Source: Parachlamydiales bacterium
GTDB lineage: Bacteria; Chlamydiota; Chlamydiia; Chlamydiales; JAJFMK01
DNA: 64,000 bases
Assembly: GCA_963765145.1 (NCBI GenBank)
Contig: CAVXVG010000005.1
Location: 1-64,000 of the forward strand
Direction: 5' to 3'
Shown: piece by piece, positions 1 to 8,497 of the stretch
Position numbering within the stretch: the first letter of the stretch is position 1
Layout of the letters: the number at the start of each line of letters is the position of its first letter
Position numbers and translations under genes: made by a program
Notes under the pieces: generated by a model
What the model was told of the DNA's origin: nothing
Database searches by the model: none
Seen by the model: the letters and a program-made list of their open reading frames with translations, nothing else

Positions 1-21
1 TCGCACTCCAAACGCTTCGCG
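1..21. repeat. Right end of a family-A repeat element (CTCCAAACGCTTCGCG), truncated by the window edge
   Basis: Same motif ends the elements at 28950 and 56702; variants at 10569, 22361 and 33477. Confidence 0.75.
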
Positions 22-24
22 AGA

Positions 25-597
25 TTATTCTTGCGCTCGGCTTACGTACTCGGCGGTTCTGGTGTCGACTTTGATTTTCTCGCCTTGGTCAACGAAGATT
101 GGAATTTGCACCTTCGCACCACTTTCAAGAAGAGCAGGCTTCATGACGCGGCCTGAAGCTGTATCACCTCTGACTCCCGGAGCCGTTTCAACAACGATCA
201 TTTCCATAAAGGTTGGTGGCAGAACGGTTAAAGCCTCTCCTTTGTTGAAGACGATGTCGTAGAGTTTGTCTTCAAGCAGCCACTGAGCGTTATCACCCAT
301 CGCTTCAAGACTGATCGATAGCTGATCGAATGTGGCTTCATTCATGAAAACAGCGCTGTCGCCTTCTTTGTAAAGCATTCTCATTGAAAACTCTTCAACA
401 TCGGCCTCGTCTATTTTATCGCCCGACTTATACGTTTTTTCAATCACTCTGCCACTTTTCAAGTGTTTGATTCTAATCCTATTGAAGGCTTGCCCTTTCC
501 CTGGTTTGACATAGTCGTTTGAGACAACAACATAGGGTTGTCCATCGACTTCTAGTTTCATTCCAGCTTTGATATCGCCCGTACTGACTTGGCCCAT
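25..597 (-). CDS. efp: Elongation factor P
   Basis: VKPGKGQAF loop, PGVRGDTA and C-terminal KVDTRT..YVSR motifs; 190 aa. Confidence 0.97.
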   Translation of the reverse strand: MGQVSTGDIKAGMKLEVDGQPYVVVSNDYVKPGKGQAFNRIRIKHLKSGRVIEKTYKSGDKIDEADVEEFSMRMLYKEGDSAVFMNEATFDQLSISLEAMGDNAQWLLEDKLYDIVFNKGEALTVLPPTFMEMIVVETAPGVRGDTASGRVMKPALLESGAKVQIPIFVDQGEKIKVDTRTAEYVSRAQE

Positions 598-644
598 AAA
601 AACAGTTCCTTTATTTAGAAATGACAGTATAAGAGAAGTTAATT

Positions 645-839
645 ATGTGGGCCAAGGAATACCGTGACATCCCTCCAGATTCGCCTCTCACCCGAGAGCC
701 GCTTGAACCTGGAAAAGGGATAATTGGATGCGAAATGCACGAAATCAATGGGTGGGGAGAGGCCTATCACCCTCCGTCTTACAAAAAAACTTGGCTCCGA
801 CGCTTATTTGAAACACTGTTCATTAGACGACGACGATGA
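645..839 (+). CDS. Small hypothetical protein (64 aa)
   Basis: Divergent from efp; its TGA overlaps the ATG of the next ORF (ATGA at 836-839). Confidence 0.5.
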   Translation: MWAKEYRDIPPDSPLTREPLEPGKGIIGCEMHEINGWGEAYHPPSYKKTWLRRLFETLFIRRRR

Positions 840-2174
840 GTCATACCTGGCCCCTTTCATATTCCTATCTTTGCTGTCCAAAATGTGGCCATCTTTTTTT
901 AGACCGCTCCCTTCCTGTAAAAAGGTTGGGTGTTGTTCAAAGAGAGGTGCAGTGTCCAGCTTGCCAGTATGTATTCCCTGAAGAGGCGAAACCGTGGACT
1001 CCCCCAGATACTGCTGACTGGCGTCATTAACCTCTGTAAGATTTTCTTTGATGATTTGAGCAATTTCTATCTCGATCGGTTCTAGATTCACGTCGAAAAT
1101 CCAGGTTTTTTCAATCGGCACTCGGGGAGAATGAGAACTAATAGCAGGTCCTGTTGTGTCTCGAAGGCTTACCCATGTCTCAGTAGAAAGGCCTAACCTT
1201 AGTGGATAACGTTTGACCTCTTCAGGATCTAATATAATTTTTACTGGCAATCTTTGGACAATTTTAATCCAGTTGCCTGTGGCATTTTGAGGAGGGATCA
1301 AAGAAAAAACACTTCCTGTCCCTGACGATATCCCTTGAACTGAACCATGAAATTCTGTGCCAGAACCATATAAATCTGTCGTCACAATGACAGGCTGACC
1401 GATCCGGACATATTTGAGCTGAGTTTCTTTGTAATTGGCCTCAACCCACACCTGATCGTAGGGAACGACGCTCATTAAAGTATTGGTTGGAAGGGCCCAG
1501 TCACCAACTTGTGCAGCCCTTTTTGCCACAAACCCATCAACGGGAGAGCAGATATTGCAATACCAAAGGTTCAGATAGGACCGTTTGACCAATTCAGCTT
1601 GAGCCAAAACAGTGGGGTGCTCTGCAACAGGGCCTGCACCGTAAGCTGCAATGGCGCTTTCTAGCTGCTTTTCAACAGATTCATAATTGGCATGGGCTGC
1701 CAATAAATCAGCCGAGGCATGTTGCACCTCCTCGCCTGAAACCGCAAGTTGGGCGATGACAGCTTGTCTGTTATCAAAATCGTCCTGCGCCTTTTGAAGC
1801 TCTGCCTTTCTGGCAGAAAGCTCTGCCACCTTTTCGCCTACATTTTCTTTCAAAACCCTTGCTTGACGAATGGCAAGAGCCAAATTTTGTTTTTGATAGG
1901 CCAGCTCCACTTCGAAAGGGGTTTTATCTAGTGTGACAAGAAGGTCGCCTTCTTTAACCAGGTCATTGTCATCGGCAAAGAATGCAGTGATGCTGCCGGC
2001 GACTTGAGGTTTAACCAAAATTCTGTTTCCTGAGACATAGGCATCGTCGGTGTACTCTCTCCATCTAAAGTGGAAAAACCAGAGAAGAAACCAGATGAAC
2101 AGTAGGGCAATAACAACCCAAATAACAGCCACAACAGCGGCCCGTTTGGTTTTTTTAGGTGGTTCTTCTGTCAT
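804..2174 (-). CDS. EmrA/HlyD-family efflux membrane fusion protein with a ~78 aa non-family C-terminal extension
   Basis: N-terminal TM anchor, TDDAYV, WVEANYKETQL and FSLIPPQNATGNWIKIVQRLPV motifs typical of EmrA. Confidence 0.92.
   Translation of the reverse strand: MTEEPPKKTKRAAVVAVIWVVIALLFIWFLLWFFHFRWREYTDDAYVSGNRILVKPQVAGSITAFFADDNDLVKEGDLLVTLDKTPFEVELAYQKQNLALAIRQARVLKENVGEKVAELSARKAELQKAQDDFDNRQAVIAQLAVSGEEVQHASADLLAAHANYESVEKQLESAIAAYGAGPVAEHPTVLAQAELVKRSYLNLWYCNICSPVDGFVAKRAAQVGDWALPTNTLMSVVPYDQVWVEANYKETQLKYVRIGQPVIVTTDLYGSGTEFHGSVQGISSGTGSVFSLIPPQNATGNWIKIVQRLPVKIILDPEEVKRYPLRLGLSTETWVSLRDTTGPAISSHSPRVPIEKTWIFDVNLEPIEIEIAQIIKENLTEVNDASQQYLGESTVSPLQGIHTGKLDTAPLFEQHPTFLQEGSGLKKDGHILDSKDRNMKGARYDSSSSSNEQCFK
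836..1030 (+). CDS. Small zinc-ribbon protein (CPKC...CPAC)
   Basis: Two CxxC knuckles; translationally coupled to 645..839; lies antisense within the C-terminal tail of the EmrA-like ORF. Confidence 0.6.
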   Translation: MSHTWPLSYSYLCCPKCGHLFLDRSLPVKRLGVVQREVQCPACQYVFPEEAKPWTPPDTADWRH

Positions 2175-2175
2175 A

Positions 2176-3579
2176 TTACCCTCCCACCGCTTTCACAAGT
2201 TCTAATAGAGAAATCACAAGATTTGCTTCGATGGCAATGAGGTCAGACTGTGCAACTAACTCAATTTCTTCTTGGTCAAGAAAGTCGAGAGCAGTGCTTA
2301 ACTTTTGCAAACGGATTTTCAAGATGTTGAGGGAAGCCTTTGTCGACTCTGCTCTTTGGATGGAGGCAATCCATTTGTTGTTATACCGCTCAACCGATGT
2401 GAATGCATCTTTAACGTCTTGCAGTGCTTGCAAGATGTTTGCGTTATATAACTCTATTTCAATTCGGAAATTTTCTGCCGCTTCGTCCATTTTCGCTTCG
2501 ATTTCTCCCGCAGAAAAAATGGGCAAATGGAGAGCAGGGCCGATTGAATAGGTTGTACTTGCAGGGTTAAATAGTTTTTCCGGAAATATCGTTGACAACC
2601 CAACAAGGGCCGATAGGTTGATGTCGGGGTAGTAGCCGGCATTTGCCACTTTAACCAAATGCTCGGTCGATTGGATTTTCCACAGCTGGGCTTGGATGTC
2701 GGGTCTTCTGGATAAACTATCTAAAGCGATGCAGGTTGGAAGAGGAAAGGGGAATAGGTCGAGGTTTAAGTCACACTCCATTGAAGGTAAAGGCTCGCCC
2801 GACGCGACAAGGGTGTAAAGGTGGTGCTCTTGCAGTTCTCGAACTCGTTTGGCCTCTTGGTACACATTTTGCCGGTTCAGCGCGTCTTGTCTTGAAGAAA
2901 GGCTCGATAAAATATTGTCTAACTTATGCGTGACCCTTAATTGAACAAGCTGCTCTTTCTTCTCTCTGTTTTCTACGATTTTTTGGGCTAAGTTTTCAAT
3001 CTGTTTGGCTGTTTTCAGGGTGAAATAGCTTTCGGCCACAGCAATGCTGAGCAACAGTTCTGTCGTTCTGGCATTTAAAACCTCGGCAAAGAAAAGGTCT
3101 CTTTGGCTGTTAAGGGTATTTTGGTTTTTCCCCCAAAGATCCAAATCCCAATCGAGCTTTAAATCGAGATCTGTTTCGGCATAATTAAAAGGGATAGGGA
3201 GGCCCGTGTTAGGAGGAAAAATCCCTGTTCGGGTGTAAAGTTGCGGAATGATGTCTGCAAAACCGCTTAAAATCGGCCAAAGGGAACTTGCCGCCAGCCT
3301 CACTTCGCTTTGAGCCCGTCTTATTTTTGAAGCAGCAATCTCCATGCTGGGGTTATAAAACAGGGCGCTTTCAATCAGATAGTCCAGGCATGGGTCGCGA
3401 AAAATTTTCCACCATTTTCCTTCCGGCCAACAACTATCGGCAAACAAACCGGTGGAGTATGCTTGACCTACCTCCTCAACTAGGACCTCCTCTTGTGACA
3501 AAAGTCGGTGCCTCGGCAGCTGACAGCAACATCCGACAAGCATAGAGAGAAGTAAGAGGCGAAGAGGATAAAACATCAA
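2176..3579 (-). CDS. Outer-membrane efflux factor lipoprotein (NodT/OprM/TolC family)
   Basis: Lipobox-like LVGC, WWKIF.DP.LD.LIE.AL..NP, WDLDLWGK, RRPDI, GP.L.LPIF and C-terminal L.KA.GG. Confidence 0.92.
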   Translation of the reverse strand: MMFYPLRLLLLSMLVGCCCQLPRHRLLSQEEVLVEEVGQAYSTGLFADSCWPEGKWWKIFRDPCLDYLIESALFYNPSMEIAASKIRRAQSEVRLAASSLWPILSGFADIIPQLYTRTGIFPPNTGLPIPFNYAETDLDLKLDWDLDLWGKNQNTLNSQRDLFFAEVLNARTTELLLSIAVAESYFTLKTAKQIENLAQKIVENREKKEQLVQLRVTHKLDNILSSLSSRQDALNRQNVYQEAKRVRELQEHHLYTLVASGEPLPSMECDLNLDLFPFPLPTCIALDSLSRRPDIQAQLWKIQSTEHLVKVANAGYYPDINLSALVGLSTIFPEKLFNPASTTYSIGPALHLPIFSAGEIEAKMDEAAENFRIEIELYNANILQALQDVKDAFTSVERYNNKWIASIQRAESTKASLNILKIRLQKLSTALDFLDQEEIELVAQSDLIAIEANLVISLLELVKAVGG

Positions 3580-3609
3580 AAAATTTATATGTATATGTAA
3601 GGGAAAAAG

Positions 3610-4542
3610 ATGTCAATTTCGGAACGAGGAAGATTTCAAAATTTGGAGCATAGTGGTGGTCCAAATGGTTTTTTAGAGGTTCTTAAATGGAAGTGGTCTT
3701 CAAAAAAAGTGCCTTGGCAACATGTTGAGAACACCCATCAACCTCAGCTTCCCCTTGAGATAAAGGAGAAAGAATGTGCTGTGACCTTTATCAACCATGC
3801 CTCTTTTCTGTTGCAGTTTCAAAGTCTCAATATTTTGATCGACCCGGTTTTTTCTGAAACGTTAGGACCTTTTTCAAAACTAGGGATTAAAAGGGTGAGG
3901 TTGCCTGGCCTAACGTTTGAACAGTTGCCAAAGATAGATTTGGTGGTGATCAGCCACAACCATTATGACCACATGGATTTGCCCTCGATCGAAAAAGTGT
4001 GGGAAAGGGATCGCCCTACCTTCATTGTCCCCCTCAACAACGGAAAGTTTTTGCGAAAGGTGGGGGTGAAAGGGATCATTGAACTGGATTGGTGGGAATC
4101 GTATGGTCCTGTCACTTTAACCCCTTCCCACCATTGGTCTTCCCGCACCCTTTTTGATCGGTGTAAATCTCTTTGGGGCGGCTTTTTGTTCCAAGAAAAG
4201 GGGTGGAAAATCCTCTATGCCGGCGATGGGGGATATGCAAATGACTTCAAGAAGATCTACGAAAAATTTGGCTCACTCGATCTGTCTCTCATCTCGATAG
4301 GCTCTTATGCCCCCCGCTGGTTTATGAAAGAACACCACATGTGCCCGGAAGAGGCTTTGCAAGCACACCTCGACCTCCATTCCAAAAAAAGCATAGCTTA
4401 CCATTTTGGTACTTTCCAGCTAGCCGACGAGCCCTACCACGAACCTGCCGAGCGTCTGAAAGCCGCCCTGCAAGAGCACGGGTTATCGCCAGACACCTTC
4501 CTCGTCCCCGAGCACGGCCAAACCTTCAAGTTCTCCCTTTAG
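3610..4542 (+). CDS. MBL-fold metallo-hydrolase (RomA / NAPE-PLD-like)
   Basis: SHNHYDHMD metal motif, HHWSSR, YAGDGGY, HFGTFQL. Confidence 0.9.
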   Translation: MSISERGRFQNLEHSGGPNGFLEVLKWKWSSKKVPWQHVENTHQPQLPLEIKEKECAVTFINHASFLLQFQSLNILIDPVFSETLGPFSKLGIKRVRLPGLTFEQLPKIDLVVISHNHYDHMDLPSIEKVWERDRPTFIVPLNNGKFLRKVGVKGIIELDWWESYGPVTLTPSHHWSSRTLFDRCKSLWGGFLFQEKGWKILYAGDGGYANDFKKIYEKFGSLDLSLISIGSYAPRWFMKEHHMCPEEALQAHLDLHSKKSIAYHFGTFQLADEPYHEPAERLKAALQEHGLSPDTFLVPEHGQTFKFSL

Positions 4543-4560
4543 TTACCCTTTTTTTTGGGG
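4489..4560 (+). repeat. Direct repeat, left copy (~70 bp; second copy 5398..5467)
   Basis: CCAGACACCTTCCTCGTCCCCGAGCA(C/T)GGCCAAACCTTCAAGTT(C/T)TCCCTTTAGTTACC...TTTTGGG occurs twice with about 3 differences. Confidence 0.95.
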
Positions 4561-5328
4561 CTATGGGTAACGTTCGTTAAATGCATCGATAGCCGCATTA
4601 ATAACGCCCGTTCCAAGATCTTTAGAGTCAATAAACTTCTGTTCATTATAAAATAAACCAGACTGAATTTGTGACGCTTTGTGATTAGTTGGTTGAAGAA
4701 TTACATTTCTTCTAGGCGTCCTAAATAAACTATAATCAACTTCATCATAAGTGAAAGTGATCGAGTTTTTTTCCGTGACACGGCTCATGATTTCTTTAAT
4801 TCCTTGAGTTGCTACCAATCGGGCGTCTGAGATAGCTGCGGGGTCAACAAGCTTAACTTGTTCACCCTCTACATACTTGTTAAGAGTACCCAGACACGAC
4901 GCGTCTAAATTTCTTTTAATAAAATCATCGAATGATCCGAATTCTGTAGCTTTTGGCACAAATTTTAAGAATAAAGCCTGCATAACTTCATCTCGATTAT
5001 TAAATTTTGAGGCAATAATATCGAGTTTTTTCAAAAAGACAAAGTTGCTCCCTTGAAGGGTATTAGTTGATCTCTCTGGACTCTGGTAATCTCCCGCCAT
5101 ACCAGTTTCTATAACGTGCTTATCAGGGTTATATTTGATGTATCCTTCCGAAATCAAGAAAGTGTCAGGCAAGCCTTTAAACTCTCCCACTGCTACTTTG
5201 ATTTTTCTTGACGCAGCATCTTTCCCTACAGAATTAACTGTACTTTCCCATGCAGTCTTTAGCTTTTCTTGATTCGTGGGCAATATTGGTCGAGCATAAG
5301 AACCATCACTAGTTAATGTTAAACTCAT
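4561..5328 (-). CDS. Hypothetical protein (255 aa), AT-rich, between direct repeats
   Basis: Long ORF with GGAG RBS upstream; no recognisable motif. Confidence 0.8.
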   Translation of the reverse strand: MSLTLTSDGSYARPILPTNQEKLKTAWESTVNSVGKDAASRKIKVAVGEFKGLPDTFLISEGYIKYNPDKHVIETGMAGDYQSPERSTNTLQGSNFVFLKKLDIIASKFNNRDEVMQALFLKFVPKATEFGSFDDFIKRNLDASCLGTLNKYVEGEQVKLVDPAAISDARLVATQGIKEIMSRVTEKNSITFTYDEVDYSLFRTPRRNVILQPTNHKASQIQSGLFYNEQKFIDSKDLGTGVINAAIDAFNERYP

Positions 5329-5397
5329 AATAAAAACTCCAATCTTCTATTTTTCATATTAAAGTGAACTATATTTAATAGTAAAGAGTAGGGTGCC

Positions 5398-5467
5398 CCA
5401 GACACCTTCCTCGTCCCCGAGCATGGCCAAACCTTCAAGTTTTCCCTTTAGTTACCTTTTTTTTGGG
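5398..5467 (+). repeat. Direct repeat, right copy; contains the stop codon of the antitoxin gene
   Basis: Near-identical to 4489..4560. Confidence 0.95.
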
Positions 5468-5893
5468 TTTTGCTTTTTCAGGTGTGGAAAGAAAGACACG
5501 ATAATCTGTTTTTAGGACTGTCGCTAATTTTTTTGCCGTTTTTTCACCAACAGGCCTTTTTCCATTTTCCATCTTGGAAATATTGTCTTGTGAAATGTTG
5601 GTAAGGGCGGATAATTCTTTTTGGGAAAGGCTTTCACGAAAGCGCGCTCCTCTTAGTGCCAAACCTGCTTTTGTATGTTTCTCAATACGGTCTTTGGCAA
5701 CCTCTTCCCAGGGCTTAGCCTCATCCCATGACTTTCTTGCGTCTTCTAAATGATCTAAAAAGGATTTTAGGCTTTCTTTAGTTGCCTTGTCGTTTGGTAC
5801 TTGGTAAAGGATTTGTTTGTTTCCGGGGATCCCAATCGTTATCTGTATAGTACTTTGAGTACTAGTATGGCGCTGCCTCATGTGTCCCGACAT
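5435..5893 (-). CDS. XRE-family HTH protein, probable HigA-like antitoxin
   Basis: LRGAR.RESLSQKELSALTNISQDNISKMENGKRPVG is an HTH_3-type helix-turn-helix; overlaps the upstream toxin-like ORF. Confidence 0.85.
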   Translation of the reverse strand: MSGHMRQRHTSTQSTIQITIGIPGNKQILYQVPNDKATKESLKSFLDHLEDARKSWDEAKPWEEVAKDRIEKHTKAGLALRGARFRESLSQKELSALTNISQDNISKMENGKRPVGEKTAKKLATVLKTDYRVFLSTPEKAKPKKKVTKGKT

Positions 5894-6164
5894 AAAAAAC
5901 CTCTATTTCTTTCCGATTGGTACTTACAACTCTCCAGCAAGCAACAAATGTTGGCTTGCCCCGTTTGAGATGGCAATGGTAGGTGTCTTTTGACAGTTTC
6001 CCATAGTGAGGCCATGCAATTCTTTCAGGGCCGCTTATCTCCATCTCAATGATCAAAAAATCTACTAAATCAGTAATGGAAGGTTTTGTCCTGCCATTTT
6101 TTTTTAGTTTTTCATACTGCTTTTCAGCTTTGTTGGATAAACGAATGTGCCAACGTTCGCCCAT
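5862..6164 (-). CDS. RelE/HigB-like toxin (probable start MGERW at 6164)
   Basis: ~100 aa basic protein, W.I.LS.KAEK start, WPHYGKL, YHCHLK.GKPTFVACW, EVFYVGTHE; toxin-first order. Confidence 0.7.
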   Translation of the reverse strand: MGERWHIRLSNKAEKQYEKLKKNGRTKPSITDLVDFLIIEMEISGPERIAWPHYGKLSKDTYHCHLKRGKPTFVACWRVVSTNRKEIEVFYVGTHEAAPY

Positions 6165-6186
6165 TTCAATCTCTTGGGTAGCATAC

Positions 6187-6206
6187 AATTTGACATATGT
6201 CAAATT
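6187..6206. promoter_or_regulatory. Perfect 20-bp palindrome AATTTGACATATGTCAAATT, candidate TA operator
   Basis: About 20 bp upstream of the toxin start; contains TTGACA on both strands. Confidence 0.65.
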
Positions 6207-6222
6207 AATGAGCAAGGCCAAA

Positions 6223-8490
6223 CTACCAGGGAAAGTGGCGGGCGATGCGGTGGAAGAGGGCTTCGAGACAGGAAGTTAGGACAGAAATTTTGCGGAAGAA
6301 GAGGGCGCTCCAAGAAGAAGGCTCCGGTTGAGCCCTATTTTTCCACTGGTGGGCTGTTTTTGCTTGGGTGATCTCAGCAAGTCTTGGCACATCGACTATA
6401 GGGCAGCGGTTTTTCCACAAAGGGGGAATCTCTACATTTTCACGCATCTCTACGACTAAAAAGAGCTTTCCACATTCCACCTTTTCTTCAATGCGATCCA
6501 GAAAGATCGATCCAAACTTAGTAGCTAATTGAGTGCCTTGAAAGAAAAGAATCAACTGTTCTGCCTTGTCGGTAATCTCTTCGACCACTTCGCTTAATTG
6601 AACTTTCCGGTCTTGAATATCTTGATAAATTTCATTCAGGTCGATGGTTAAAGTGGCTCTAGAAGGAAATTGCTTGAAAACTTGATGGATCAAGGTAGTC
6701 TTTCCAACGCGTGGTTGGCCGGTGACAAACACTGCAGTGTATTCATCTGAATGCAAAGCTTTTGTAACAACGTTTGTTTCAGTCCGATCGATACTTGTCT
6801 TGGTAGATGGGGCGATACGCTTGCCATACTTGTGCAAGAGAGAGGCTTGATCGATCAAGGTTAAATGTGGGTCGTTCTTCAATCGTTCAAGTTCAAGTGT
6901 GACATCCTCAGCCGACAACTTTTCTATTTTAGCTAACCTGTTGATGACAACTTCTGGAGTGACTTCTGTGATCCCCTCTCTTGAGGCTCGGTTACAGATA
7001 GTATCGAGGAGCTTATAGGCAGAAGAGGGGAGCCCTTCATGCTTTACGAACTTAAAAGAGAGGTAAACAATGGCTTCCAGAGCTTCGGATGTAATCGAGA
7101 AAGGGGCTTCATGTTTGCAGTAGCTTGCTTCAAGCCGTTTTTTATCAAGCTTGAGCACTTCAAGAGCTAGCTTGGGGGTCATTCTGTCGATTTTTTGAAG
7201 CTGAAAACGGCGTACAAAGTCGGGAGCTGACTTGACCAAACGTTCAAATTTCAACTCGGTGGTCATAGCGACCATAGGAAAGTTTGCCTCGTCAATGTGG
7301 GTCAGTAAAAGATCGGCAATCGTCGTCTCTTGCGACGAATGACTATCGGAAGTTTGAGAAATTTCATCAAAGACGATCAAAACTTCGTTGGCATGCTTTT
7401 TTGCATAGTCGACAAGTGTTTGGATCTTTCCTTCCATCATGCCACGATAGGGAGTGTTTGCGAGCAATCTGCTAGTATCTACAAACAAGACCCTTCGTCC
7501 TTTCATATTGTCAGGGGCTTTACCTTCATGAATTCTTCGGGCAATTTCTCTGGCGATTTGCGTTTTACCACACCCTGTAGGACCTGTAAGAAGAACAGAT
7601 GATAATTTCTTTCCACCTAAGTCATCAAAAATTGACTGGATCTCTTCCTCTCGGCCATAAGCCGGAGAGATTAGCCCCTTTTCTGCAAGCTCGGTAAGAT
7701 CGATTGTAAAGGTTTTGATATCCACTTCGGATTTGCCAGCTTGGGAACCTAGGATCTCTTTAAAAAACGATTCCATCATTCTTTCCGGATGGCGATCAAC
7801 TTTAGACGGTTTTTCTATCCGATACTCGCCTGAAATCGAAGGGAGTTCTTCTTGAGTAAAGGTGCGTGTGGAAAATGCGTTTTTTAAATCTTCATCTAAT
7901 AAAACAGCGCTGAATTTTGCACCCTCTTGCAGGGATGTCTCCTCAAAATCGACAAAAACTGTCTTGTCAGTCCCATAAGCTGAGATGATTTGCTCTCGCA
8001 AGAAGACTTTTTCCTCATTTGGCAAAGAGGGTTCAATAAGAAAAACCCGTTTGGCAATCTCATCCTCTCCTGGTTTTGTGTCAGGCTTTTCATATTTCAT
8101 CAGGTAGGCAAGGGTCATGAGTTGATTTTTTGCCTCTTCAAGTCCCAATGATTCAAACGAGGTAATCATCGACGAAACAATCCTCATATTTCGGTAATGA
8201 TATTGTAGAAAAAGCTCCCGACCTTTTTCATTTTCAGAAACCATTTCGAATGCTTCGTCTGTCAGGTCACGTACGAGCCCATTATCCATCATCTTTTGTA
8301 GAACTTTTTTGGCGTTCTGATCTGCCTGAGGTAAATAATGGGGCTTTTCTAGGGGTGCAGGCGGCAAAGAGCGGCTGACCCCATTGGTAAATACATGAGG
8401 GGGCAGAATGGGTGCAGTCTTAGTCGGAATGATCTTAAAGTTTGGCCAGGCGGGGATCCAAGAATATAGCTTATTAAGGTTGAATAGCAT
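6223..8490 (-). CDS. Atypical Clp/Hsp100-derived AAA+ ATPase
   Basis: FTIDLTELAEKG...YGREEEI, Walker A GPTGCGKT, pore loop PYRG, Walker B LIVFDE, RRF finger; second degenerate module with GQPRVGKT; no Clp N-domain or D2. Confidence 0.85.
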   Translation of the reverse strand: MLFNLNKLYSWIPAWPNFKIIPTKTAPILPPHVFTNGVSRSLPPAPLEKPHYLPQADQNAKKVLQKMMDNGLVRDLTDEAFEMVSENEKGRELFLQYHYRNMRIVSSMITSFESLGLEEAKNQLMTLAYLMKYEKPDTKPGEDEIAKRVFLIEPSLPNEEKVFLREQIISAYGTDKTVFVDFEETSLQEGAKFSAVLLDEDLKNAFSTRTFTQEELPSISGEYRIEKPSKVDRHPERMMESFFKEILGSQAGKSEVDIKTFTIDLTELAEKGLISPAYGREEEIQSIFDDLGGKKLSSVLLTGPTGCGKTQIAREIARRIHEGKAPDNMKGRRVLFVDTSRLLANTPYRGMMEGKIQTLVDYAKKHANEVLIVFDEISQTSDSHSSQETTIADLLLTHIDEANFPMVAMTTELKFERLVKSAPDFVRRFQLQKIDRMTPKLALEVLKLDKKRLEASYCKHEAPFSITSEALEAIVYLSFKFVKHEGLPSSAYKLLDTICNRASREGITEVTPEVVINRLAKIEKLSAEDVTLELERLKNDPHLTLIDQASLLHKYGKRIAPSTKTSIDRTETNVVTKALHSDEYTAVFVTGQPRVGKTTLIHQVFKQFPSRATLTIDLNEIYQDIQDRKVQLSEVVEEITDKAEQLILFFQGTQLATKFGSIFLDRIEEKVECGKLFLVVEMRENVEIPPLWKNRCPIVDVPRLAEITQAKTAHQWKNRAQPEPSSWSALFFRKISVLTSCLEALFHRIARHFPW

Positions 8491-8497
8491 GGTGATC

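Noticed and set aside
6223..8490. Calling the AAA+ gene clpA, clpB or a T6SS clpV
   Set aside because: It lacks the N-domain, M-domain and D2 module, no T6SS genes are nearby, and a canonical clpC is present at 29927
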